Source: Takakia lepidozioides
Taxonomy: Eukaryota; Plantae; Bryophyta
Reading direction: 5' to 3'
Assembly: GCA_030704615.1 (NCBI GenBank)
Contig: CM060732.1
Coordinates: 76,508,001-76,572,000 of the forward strand
DNA: 64,000 nucleotides
This document shows, piece by piece, positions 53,424-64,000 of the stretch. Under the pieces are notes generated by a model. The model did not search any database. It saw only the letters and a list, made by a program, of their open reading frames with translations, and was not told the DNA's origin. Position numbers and translations under genes: made by a program. Position 1 is the first letter of the stretch; each line of letters begins with the position of its first letter.

Positions 53424-54800
53424 CTAGCAGCCCTGGCAAGGGAGTCGAAAGCACTCAGCATGCGATTTCCAGGTCTCGTTGTCCGCCTTGCATAAAACAC
53501 AAAAAACGATATAAACAAATGCGGTGGAGGATTGGCGGCGGGGGGGGAAGCAGTGAATGAGATAGAGCAGCGCGCGAGTACCTTCCAGCAGATTTCCAAC
53601 GAGTCCGATGTCCTTAATTTGGCGGTCTAGCAGTGCGGAATCAAGGTGGGCAAGCGCGGAACTGCGGTCGTGATGCGGCAAGCCAGACCACAATACTCTG
53701 AACACGTCTGGTTTGAGCAAGACAATGTCAAGCACAGCACGCTCCATTACATACGAGAACCACAACATAGCCTCATCTACAACAGACTCTCGTGCTTGTG
53801 ATCCGTCTGTAACAAACTCTCCTGCCTATGATCCATGTAGGAAGTCTTGCCGAAGAGTGGGCAAGTCCTTAAGCAACTTCTTGTATGATGTGAAATTTCC
53901 AAACTGCATCCACTGATGCTGCAAGAACGATGATGCCATCCGGTCGAAGTGGACCGCAGTCATTGCGGACAAGTGCTTCTTGCGGACACCGAACGTTGGG
54001 TGTGCCATAGCTATATGCCGCACCTCCTCCGGGTGAGGGTCATCCATAAGGAGAAGCTGAACAAGGAGTGGCGGTTCATTTACTTCACTCAAAGAAGAAA
54101 CAACAACTTTCCCTGCTTGCTCCAGAACATGGTTGGCTTCTTCCGTAGTATACTCCATGGAATAGATATAAGGGACAAAGGGCCACCTCCGGCCCATTAA
54201 ATGTGGTGCAGGTCACTGTACCAGTCTAGCACTTGTGTCACCAATCCTGAAGCGGGGAAGTGTAGGATCCTTTGCGTTCTTCGGCGCCACCGGTAACGGC
54301 GATCTCCACACCCCAAAAATGCCCACAGTGGAGGGGAAATGGGCATAGTCTTCACCCTGTCGAATTGGCCCAGTCTCAGGTATGAGGTCTGCTAAGGCGT
54401 GGTTCGGTCTGCCCAGGTGCGAGGAGTCCTGCTCATGATTGCTGGCGTGTGTTTCACTGTGGTTTGGTGTGATGAGGTCTGCTGGGGTCTCTTGAGGTTT
54501 GTCGTGGTCTGTTGTTGTCTCCTGAGGAGTGATGAAGTCAGCGGTCTGCTGGAGAGGACCTGCCGACTCCGTGTCAAGTTCGTCTATGGCGGCTGCTGAT
54601 CCGGGGTATTTCATCAAAATGTACTCGCGAACCCGCTGCACTTCAAGCCGCACCTCACGCACTTGCAAAGGAGGTTCCTGACATGGCGTCCGAAGTTGAT
54701 ATGGCTTTGCGAATAGACTGAGCAGTGTGTTGTGGAGCAAAAGACAAATGAGCTTCATCGGACAGACCGGATCCATTGGACTGACTGAATTTAATGACAC
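53424..54800 (-). pseudogene. Unknown ~450-aa protein with two in-frame stops (probable transposon cargo)
   Basis: ORFs 54213-54800, 53826-54197 and 53424-53768 share one frame, separated only by single TGA and TAG codons. Confidence 0.6.
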
Positions 54801-56648
54801 TTAGTAGATAATCAACAGACCATCAGCAGCCCACAATCCACATTCAGCAGACCACAATACTCAGCAGACCATGATATTTAGCAGACACTCATACCTTAGC
54901 AGACAATCTGGATTTTAGCAGACAAAAACATTTCAGACGACCTAATTATGGACGTATACAGTCTGTTGAAGTCTTCCACAGATGAGCAGACTACGCGACA
55001 ACACAAGAAATAGGTTTGTCGGCTTCACCACAAGTCGGTTCATACGGGAGCTGGCTGCTATGCAGCAAAACACACACGATCCATTGGGCATTTGGAGCTC
55101 TAAGATCTCTCAGCAGACCACAAGACTCAGCAGACCATGGCAATGGGCAGACCACTGCCTTTAGCAGACTCCAGAGACTGGGGCAGAATAACAAAGAGAC
55201 CGAACTATGGACGTGCATAGTCTGCTGAAGTTCAGCAGACTAATCGACAGTGGTCCCAAAAAAATGCAGAAAATTGCAGGAATGGTTTGATAGCATTATC
55301 TTGTCAAGTATGTTGCCCGCATTGCATCACGCATGGCATTCAACCACTTTTCTTCGGCTTCCCAAATACTTGATGTTATCCGTCCTGTCTGCACATATCT
55401 GAAAAGGGGAAGAACTGTGGATCGTCTTGGGGTGGGCAGACTGGTGGGAGAACGCCAAACCAAAGCAGGTGCAACGTTCCCGGGCAGGCTGGACCAGTAG
55501 ACTTGTGGGTGGTCTTTTCAGGTCCCATATCTTCGGTCTACCCAACTCCCAGACGGGGGATGCTTCCACGTGAGCGTGAGCGTGAGAGCACGTGAGCCTA
55601 GGCGGGCTCACACCACGTCATCAATTATTACCACGTTGGCTAATAGGCCTAACGCCACGTCAGCCGACCTCGCCAGCGTGCCCGACGCCACGTCATTTTC
55701 ATAGGCATGGCCCTATAACCGCGGACCAAATAGGCAAATGGGGGCCTATAGCCGCGGATTGCGCATTTGGCAGATAGGGAACCATGTGTGGGCGACGAGG
55801 CGAGGTGCAGAAGAGAGTTTAGGGTTTGTTGGTGAATGTTGCAGAATGATAGTGTTTGTAGAGATTGAAATGGTTGTGGATGTATTAATGTCCAGGTCAT
55901 CAGTCTACAATGGTTGTCAGATGATTTAATGTCGTGCTAATGTGGTATTTTACATTGCTGTCATCAGTGTAGAATGGTTGTGGATGAGTATATGAGGATG
56001 AAGCAGAGCCAATGTGGATGGGACACTGCTAATATGGATGAATGGGGATGAATAGTTGTGGACAAATACGGATGAAATACCGTGAATGGATGATAGAGTG
56101 GATGAATGTTGAGCGAGGATGTCATTCTAACATTTATGAAAACCAAGCACAACGATCAATGTCATTTGCACAAACATTAGAAATTGTGCCTAAAATCCGT
56201 CCTGAAGCACTTGATAAGATTTAATGAATGTCTGGCATTTGGGGAAAGGTAGACAGATGACAGCAATGTAGAATAAGACAACATAGGAGATGTGAGAGTG
56301 ATCTTTCATGCTGCGACTTTGTCCGAGTGCTTACTGCAACATTCTAGTGTGCAGCACGCTCTTCTTTAGCTGTCTTCTTCAGTGTCGACACATTGGAGCC
56401 ATTTCAGCACTATACTTCCTGCAACGCACCACCTGACCACGCTAAACATGGTTTGGACTCCAATGCTTATTGCGGCCCCTGCCAATGAGGTAGAAATGTG
56501 CACATGTATGTTACGAGAGTATTGCAACTTTCATGGGTTTTCATCAGGACCATTATACAACAACATTCAAAATGATTTGGCTCTCGTTTGTGCATGAGGA
56601 GGAATTCCGGGTCTTACAACATTGTGTAACAGAAATTGACAAAACGTC

Positions 56649-56978
56649 TGCCTTGTCTTCTTGTTTGACCCATAACCAATGTTAGGCATGAGGATCCCGC
56701 CTTTGAACTTGCACTGAAACCGAGAGTCCATACACCATCCACTAGGTGCACTGTCTTCTTGTTTGAACCATAACCAATGTTACGCATCAGGATGCTGCCC
56801 TTGAACTTGCGTTGAACCCGAGAGTCCACAAATCATCCCCTAGGTGCCTTGTATTCTTGTTTGACCCATAACCAATGTTAGGCATCAGGAGGCTGCCTTT
56901 TTAACTTGCGTTGGACCTGAGAGTCAATACATACATCATCCCCTAGGTGCCTTGTCTTCTTGTTTGACCCATAACCAA
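56649..56978. repeat. Tandem repeat, ~100-bp unit x3.3
   Basis: TGCCTTGTCTTCTTGTTTGACCCATAACCAATGTTAGGCAT... units start at about 56649, 56747, 56845 and 56948. Confidence 0.9.
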
Positions 56979-57156
56979 CTGTATGAAGTGCATAGAAGCC
57001 ACTGTTGTAAATGCATACACGGCACGAAAATGAGAAACCATCTTTTCACGACATTACAACGAACAAGCACAATTTTTATTACAAAGTTATGGAGGGACAC
57101 AAAATGTCTAAAACTGTGAACATCTCGAGACCCCCCAAAATGATGAAATTTGCATT

Positions 57157-60100
57157 TCAGTCACTAGAACTATCCCCTGAAACTTGTGCAGTATCATTGA
57201 CGTAAACCCGAGCTCCGAGGTGCCTGTTGTGCTTTCGAGCACATGGGGGAGATAACATGAAACTTTGTTGACGAGCAATGGCCTCCGCGTAGTCGGGTAA
57301 GATGTATGAACGTGGAGGACTGCACCACAAAGTCACTGTGAATAAAAGAGACGTCGACCAAAGGAATAGCTTCCAATATCCTGCCACCAAAAGATCCACA
57401 ATTGCATTAGCCACCATTAATGGGAAAGGGGGGGCCATTTTCGCGGGAGAAATCGGATGCTTACATAAAAACAACTTACTCACATGCGAAATCGTCGTCC
57501 AAGACTTTGTCGTCCCCTTCGTTGATTTCCACATGCACTATACCCTCCTATTGTTGGGCGGCACGTGCCGGCGCTGGCGCTTCCAAGTTATGGAGGAGGT
57601 CATTGAAAATGTCCGCATCCCCTTCCATACTAAACAAATGCCTACCCGCTGCCTTGCAAGCATGGTACAAAACTCCTGCAAGACAGAGTTCTCTCAGGAC
57701 ACATATAAACAAATTTTGCACCAAGAAGAAAACACCGCAGCAGGTTGGGGATGAAACCTGTGCCAAGAGTGAGGTCCACGATACGCGCCCCCGGATGGGA
57801 ACAAATCTCCACAATTGTTTGAATAAATGTTGGGCTCTTCTCCTTGGCCCCTCTCCATGGTGTGGAGTTGGACTTTCGCAAGCACACATTGCAATCCACG
57901 TAATTGTAGTGCATGTCGTCCACCACTGGATCGAACTTATCGTCGATGAAAGAACCTCCCCCATGAAGCCTGAACTCCTTCACTGTTGTGGGAGTAGGTG
58001 CACTCTGACGAGGCAGACGGCCTCAAAAAGGCGGGTCTACACACAAGACAACATGAAGCACATATTAGTGAATCCAAAAAAAATCATCTGGAAAGAACAG
58101 TGCTTGAAGTCTCTGAAAATGAGTGCGTTGACGCACTCATTTCTGCAGGGGTGAAATGGAACTTAAAATGAAGCTGGCAAGAGAAAGTCGATTACCATTT
58201 GTCCGGGACAGTCGCCCTTTGTCAAGTACAGGCTGTTCACACCATTCCACGTTTTGATGATTTTCATCCCCGAGGCCTTGAGGTAGCTTGCAAGCTCCCG
58301 TCGACATTTCGTATTGACCGACTGGATCATTACAAGAACCCCTGCATCCGATAAAAAAAAATTGCAAAATGAAAAGACCCACCGCCAGTACCTCTCATCA
58401 AATGCATTCCATGTTGGGCAAGTGCCTGTGGGTAGGATGTCCGGTACTGGCAGACAATCCGGAATGTCCACAATCACCATGTCGGCACAACATGGTTTCA
58501 GAGAACCATTGACCCAACACTGCCCTTTCGAAACCTGAAAACAGACAAACGGCAAAAATTAAATAACTATCCATAAGGGAAAACAGTAAAGGAGACAAAC
58601 ACTGGGAATTGGCTTACCGAGTCAAGGAATGCACACAGCTTGCCCCAAGTTTGAGAGGGTTCTCCAGTGTAACCAGATTTTATGCTTTCCATCATGGCAA
58701 GGAATGAATCATTGACAATCTCGCATTTACATTCTCGCTGGATTCTGGATGGGTGCTCCACTGCATCGTATGGCTCAATCCTCCCCTTACGTTTTTGTTC
58801 CTTGTTTGCAATTGGGGTCTGCGCTACCTCACCCCCCGCAGTCCCCCCTTGGGTGGCCTTCTCCTTCCCTTTGTCCTTTGTACCATTTCCCTTTCCCTTC
58901 CCTCTCGCAGGAGTTTTGTTGGCTGCGGGTTCCTTCTCAGCGAGGTTTCACAGATTCCTCTCATGCAATTCCTTGTTAGTAAGAGGGGCCAAAGACTCCG
59001 CATTGTCGTTCTGGTTCCGTGTCTGCAACTCATACCAAGGGCAATCTGATTTCGGAATGTCTAGATACCAGCAGCAGTCTTTCAGGTGATATCTCTCGTA
59101 GTCTCTAAGGATGGTTGTCGTGTACATGGTCTGACTATTAGAGGGGTCAGACCACAAGTCGATGAAGGCAGGGTACTTACTGAGGTTTTTTCCCGGAATG
59201 AGCACGTTCTTGATATACCTACAAAACAAAAGAGGTACACTTTTAGACATTGAAGGCAAAAAAGCATATACTGTGGCCCTCCCAAAATGCGTGCGTCGAC
59301 GTACACAGTTTGGGGTGCACAAATACTTGAGCATGAGGCAACCGAAATACACTCACAAGTACCATATGCAAGAACAGGAGAAAACAAAGGGTTCCATATG
59401 CAGAAAGATATCCCCTTCTCGGCAGATAGATATTCCATTCAGAACTGCCAACGAAACATTGAAATCCATGATGGAGGAGAGAGGACATCTGAGTTTGTGG
59501 CCCTCTAAAATTGCATGCGTTGGCGCACGCATTTTTTCATGGCCACAAACTGCCTGTCTACTGATTGCCAAAGATAGTTTTCAAACATAAGACAAAATTA
59601 TCGAACCTGTATAGGACCCTTTTCATGGCTCCCTCCGCCCCGTACTGATGGTCAAAGTCATTTGTTCGGGAGATTCCTCCATCTCGGGAAAAAGTTGGTC
59701 GCTGAAGGGTTTGATGTGCCCGGTGTTCTCATCTCTTTCACCCCTAGGGAAGCAGTATGTATCCTTGACAGTTGGGTCGGAATTCCAAATCTCCAACCAT
59801 TTCACTTTCTGGTCAGCTTCCACAACTGCAGTTGACAACCGGTGAAGCTTTTCCTGTGTCATCTCCGGTTTGGTGTTTATTGTTCCAGTGGATTCTCACC
59901 TGGTTAAGAAACTCGGGACCAAAATCAGGGTCAGCTATTCTCAGCTGTTTCACGAAAGCGCTTTGAGCTTCTTCCGTATCTCATTCATCGTAAACTTGTG
60001 AAGAAGACACTTACTTGTTAACGTCATGCATTGCCGTCAACAGTGCAGTGATGTTTCCCTTGGGATCCAACACCATTGAGGCCACATAGTAGTGCCACTC

Positions 60101-61665
60101 CTCCTCGGTGCTATGATATCTCTCGATCATGTTCCTCCAGGCAAGCAATCGGTGGTTGCCATCCCAGACATGAAACATCTTGCCAGAGAAAGGCTGAGTG
60201 ACGAGCCTCTTGCAAGTGATAGATTCGAACTCTTCGTTTATCAGTCGCTAGATAGGATCCCAGCCTCCAACAATGGACTCGTCCACCAACACCTCTCTAC
60301 CAGTGGTGTCTGCCAAGGAGACGTAAAAAACAGATTGACCCTCTATGTACCCATGGCAAAAATCATGTTCCAACTTTTGAATGTCATTCGTCAGAGCTGG
60401 TCGAATGAAGGGCATGGAGATCAAACAACATAGGGGTATCATTATTTTTCCCCCAGGGATGCCCATGGCTTTGATGACTTGGGCAGAATTCACTTTGGAG
60501 AATGAAAGCAGATCTTTCGCTATGTCTTCATATGGCCTGCCATCGTCCTCCTCCTCAACAACCACCAGTTCCTACTCAATCACTTCTTCCTCGACCTGAG
60601 TAGCACCTTTCATTTTCTTCGTCTGCACTCAAAACAAAAGATTACGAATGTAAAAGACTTGCCAGAAATTGCGTGCTTCAACGCACACAATTTTCCACCC
60701 TCTGAAAGGTACTCATTTCTTTGCCTATTTCATACCCAAAGTCAATCTACTCTCTTCCATAAAAGTATGCAGCAGACATTTAATCTAATCTCCCTGAATA
60801 GGCAGAAAGGTGAGTGTGAGAGAACCCCCAGAAATGTCAACGCACCCAATTTCTGGGGGTTCTCTCACACTCACCTTTCTGCCTATTCAAGGATTCTGTC
60901 TCTGTTAACACAGCACAGCTGAGAGAAGGCCATACAGAGAACCTCCAAAAATTGAGTGCGTCAACACACGCAGTTTCTGGCGGTTCTCTCACACTCACTT
61001 TTCTGCCTATTCAGGGCTTCTGTCTTTGTTAACTCAGCACAGCTGAGAGAAGGTCATAGAGAGAACAATCCAAAATTGCGTGCGTTGACGCACTCAATTT
61101 CTGGAGGTTCTATGTATGGCCTCCTCTCAGCTGTCGAACTCTAATCTACTTGTGATGGTACAACCATTATGCAATGTGAAAGTCCATCTCCTATGCAGTA
61201 CATGAAAAGTGAGAAGTGGGTCACACCCGGGTTTGGTTATTATGCATTGCATGCATCCCTGTGGTCTTACTCTGAATGATCAAGAAAAACAAAACAAAAA
61301 AGAGGGCAAGAAAATTGCGTGCGCCACCGCACGCAATTTTCATGCCCTGGAAACTTGACAGAAGATGGCAAGTAAGAGAATCACCTGAGGTCCTTTGGCC
61401 AAATTGATGTGGCAACAACGGTAGCCTTCTTAACCTTTGGGGTCGCCTCCTCCTCCACGACGTTCTTACCCTTCGGCGTGGATTCCCTCGCAAGAGCGTC
61501 TGCCTCGTCTGTGTCCATAGCGTCTGTGTCATCCTCTGACGCAGTTTCGTCCCCAACTTCATCACGAGCTGGCGGCTAGTCCTCCACCGCCATATGTTCG
61601 GTTTCCAGGGCTGCGCTCTCCTCTGCGATCTCCTTCAGTGTCATGTTCAGCTTTCGGCCTTTCAT
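57157..61665 (-). pseudogene. Spliced ParB/Srx-like domain plus beta-class DNA amino-methyltransferase (N4-mC/N6-mA type) gene, disrupted
   Basis: Acidic N-terminus; IRPALTNDIQKLEHDF...KMFHVWDGNHRLLAW (60149-60166); catalytic-motif-like ADMVIVDIPD (58457-58468) then FLSDAGVLV; PWRGAKEKSP..IQTIVEICSHPGARIVDLTLGTG/VLYHACKAAGRHLFSMEGD (SAM motif, ~57620-57860); GT-AG introns; several stops and frameshifts. 3' end uncertain (57480 or 57157). Confidence 0.8.
60795..60889. repeat. Perfect inverted repeat (41-bp arms, 13-nt loop)
   Basis: TGAATAGGCAGAAAGGTGAGTGTGAGAGAACCCCCAGAAAT (60795-60835) is the exact reverse complement of 60849-60889. Confidence 0.95.
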
Positions 61666-62395
61666 TCTCTCTCTTGCCTTCTTCCTCTCTCGCGCTGAAG
61701 TAAAAAAGAATGACTGTCTTCTACGCCTTCCAATCTCTCACGCGAAAACTCTGTCTCCTGCTACTCTCCAGCTTGAAAAACTACTATCTACTGGAATGAG
61801 AGGTCGTGCGCTGAGTAGCAGCCAGGGCATCGCTCTCGGCGGTTATGCATGTATTCACTGCATACGTGTCCCCCTCCTAACGACACACTCGTCCATTCTG
61901 AGGTGGCCGCCGTCTTTCATTATGGAGGTATGGCCATCACATGGATTTGATTCGGATGGATGACTTATTTTAGTAGATTTTTTGGATTCTCCCGGATGAA
62001 CATCTTCCATTCGTTCGACACCGATTCCTCTTAAACCCTATACTCAATGCATGTCGGGTACCGCGTGGCTGAACACATTGGGGTGGCATGGGATGTCGGT
62101 CTCCGCCGTCATTTCACATGTGTCTGTAAAGGCACATAACTGCTTAACAACTGTTTTATGAACTGTTTTGACAACTGTTTCTGAAAGGCTCTTTAATGGT
62201 ATGTCAGCTTTAACGGTTTGGGACATACATGACGTGTTGTCCTTTGCCGACCTCGTTAGTAAAGGTGACGGACTTTTGGGTTTCGGTCTGAAATGCAAAG
62301 CATGAGAAATGTAATCCCCACTATCGTTTGTAACAAGAATCCGCACAGAAGTTGTGGCTTCCGCACTTCTGCGAGGGAATTTCTCTTGCAGCAAC

Positions 62396-63037
62396 ATGGC
62401 TTCCTCCGAAGCGGAGTTTTACTCTGTGGAGAAACCAGTACCTTTCTCGAAGGAGACCGATGACAATGGTTTTGCAATCACGGAGGAACATCTCCTAGCA
62501 ACGCGTTTCGAGTTCCAGTATGGTACTGTGTGGCTGGAAAGAGAGGTTTACGATGTCGATGGGAAGTTGAAGAAGTATGCTTTCCAAAAACCGGATGAAA
62601 ACACACTTATGAGTCAGTGGAGAGTTCCTCCAGGAAGATACAGAGTCCTTGGAGCTCCTCGCCGGCAGTCGATTGGTTCGTATGTGACGCCGGGAACTGC
62701 TGCTTCTGTTGTTCAAGACAAGAGGAATGTGGTCGTGAAGACGGAGCCCACAACTTCCAGACAAATTGTTGAGCTCTCCGACTCCTCGGAGGAGGACGTC
62801 CCGAAAATTCCTTTTCTTGCTCCTTCTCTGGTGGTCGTGGTGCCGGAATTGAAGGACCTGTGTAGTGTCATTCCTAAACTGAAGTCAATGGGAGGAATGC
62901 CCGGTTTGAAGAGTGAATTGCGGGGGATTGACTGGGACACTGTCCCTGTTGAGCGTGTGCAGCACCTTCCAGAATCTTTTGATGGGGATGTCGTCTTCGA
63001 GCTGCCTCCACCCACTACAAGAGATGAGCGTTTTTAG
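62396..63037 (+). CDS. Putative transposase N-terminal segment, truncated
   Basis: 214-aa ORF ending IDWDTVPVERVQHLPESFDGDVVFELPP, which I recall preceding a GCM-like zinc domain in large Mutator-like transposases (recollection, unverified); divergent from the methyltransferase gene. Confidence 0.45.
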   Translation: MASSEAEFYSVEKPVPFSKETDDNGFAITEEHLLATRFEFQYGTVWLEREVYDVDGKLKKYAFQKPDENTLMSQWRVPPGRYRVLGAPRRQSIGSYVTPGTAASVVQDKRNVVVKTEPTTSRQIVELSDSSEEDVPKIPFLAPSLVVVVPELKDLCSVIPKLKSMGGMPGLKSELRGIDWDTVPVERVQHLPESFDGDVVFELPPPTTRDERF

Positions 63038-64000
63038 GACTACGGGTTTGGTGGAGTCATAAAAACTGCACTAGGTACATGACTACAGAGCGCTGAAATG
63101 CATTACAGTTTTAGTTTTATGACTTTGTAGTAATGGATATCACTACATGACTCGGGAAAGTTAGGGAGCATTGGTCAAACATTGTTGACCATGATGACAG
63201 GGATGGTTTATATGACTAGTGTGATATGTTTGACTACACGTGGACGACGTTTCATGGAATCTTATGACTCCATGACTGAAGATGGTTTCAGAGCTCTATT
63301 TATACGACTACATCACTACACGTGTCATTTTGAAGGCACATATAATGCAAATAAGGTTGCCCATTAGGTTTAAAAAAGTTAAATTTTTTGCTAATAAGGT
63401 TGCCCATTAGTGTAATCGTGAACAGAAAGGAGGGCTGGGACTTGGCGTCTTTTTGTCTCCTGCGCCACACCACATAGCTGAGAGATGGAACGCGATGATA
63501 GCAAGATATGCAGGGGCATGAGATGGAGGCGTTGAGCAAATGATGCACGAAGGAGGAGAGGAGGAGGAGACGAGACAAGATGAGGACAAGCGAGCTCGCC
63601 GTTCTTGGGACAGTCAGCTTGGTCTTAGCAAGCGTGTTTCAATCTCTGACTACTCATCTACGCCGTAGGTCAAATCCTCCATGGGTCAGGACAAGTCAAG
63701 GACAATGTGGTAGGGCACCTTCTTCTTCAACCTATTTCAGGCTGTGTTGCCCTCTCATCAGACTCGGCCGCAAGATGCATATTGAATTCTGTAAGTTAGG
63801 TCGTTGGGTACATCTGTGGTGGTTTGGAGTGACTTTGGCAAGTTACTGCCAGTGTGGCAGCAGGGAAGTATCCAAAAACATATAATAGAGGTGAGGAGAA
63901 GCGGTGGGGTGAACACTTTCCGACCCCAATGGTGGGACAATGGAGACAAAAAGGCGAATGCCTGTTGGACTACAGAGAGAAGCAGATGCATTTCAGATTG

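Noticed and set aside
56649-56978. ~100-bp repeats as a CRISPR-like array
   Set aside because: Entire units are similar, with no unique spacers and no cas genes; ordinary tandem repeat in a eukaryote.
57420-60433. Plus-strand ORFs (57420-58154, 58682-59089, 59162-59590, 60092-60433)
   Set aside because: Antisense shadows of the minus-strand ParB-MTase gene.
57157-61665. Bacterial or phage contamination explaining the methyltransferase
   Set aside because: The gene has spliceosomal GT-AG introns and is contiguous with plant TEs and genes.

Overview
Nuclear DNA of a land plant, probably a non-seed plant such as a bryophyte, lycophyte or fern (lineage is inference only, from PLS-type PPR fragments, intron style and transposon repertoire). 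A compact block of intact housekeeping genes (ESS2/DGCR14, plastid SECE2, RPS27, UBP3/4, MTM1-type mitochondrial carrier, plastid ribosomal protein S1, frataxin) lies between transposon-rich flanks. Left: a PIF/Harbinger element with an intact-looking transposase. Middle: CACTA remnants, SINEs, a TIR element and an intronic LINE. Right (about 46-64 kb): nested decayed elements, including a non-LTR remnant with RNase H plus restriction-like endonuclease (Dualen/RandI-like), a Gypsy RT fragment and a Mutator/SWIM-type fragment. The most notable feature is a multi-gene cassette with a spliced, now pseudogenised gene fusing a ParB/Srx-like domain (VWDGNHR) to a beta-class DNA amino-methyltransferase (N4-mC/N6-mA type). 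It is divergent from a putative transposase N-terminus, and three of its introns carry seven copies of a ~26-bp palindrome plus a perfect 41-bp hairpin. All family assignments come from recognised motifs, not database searches.
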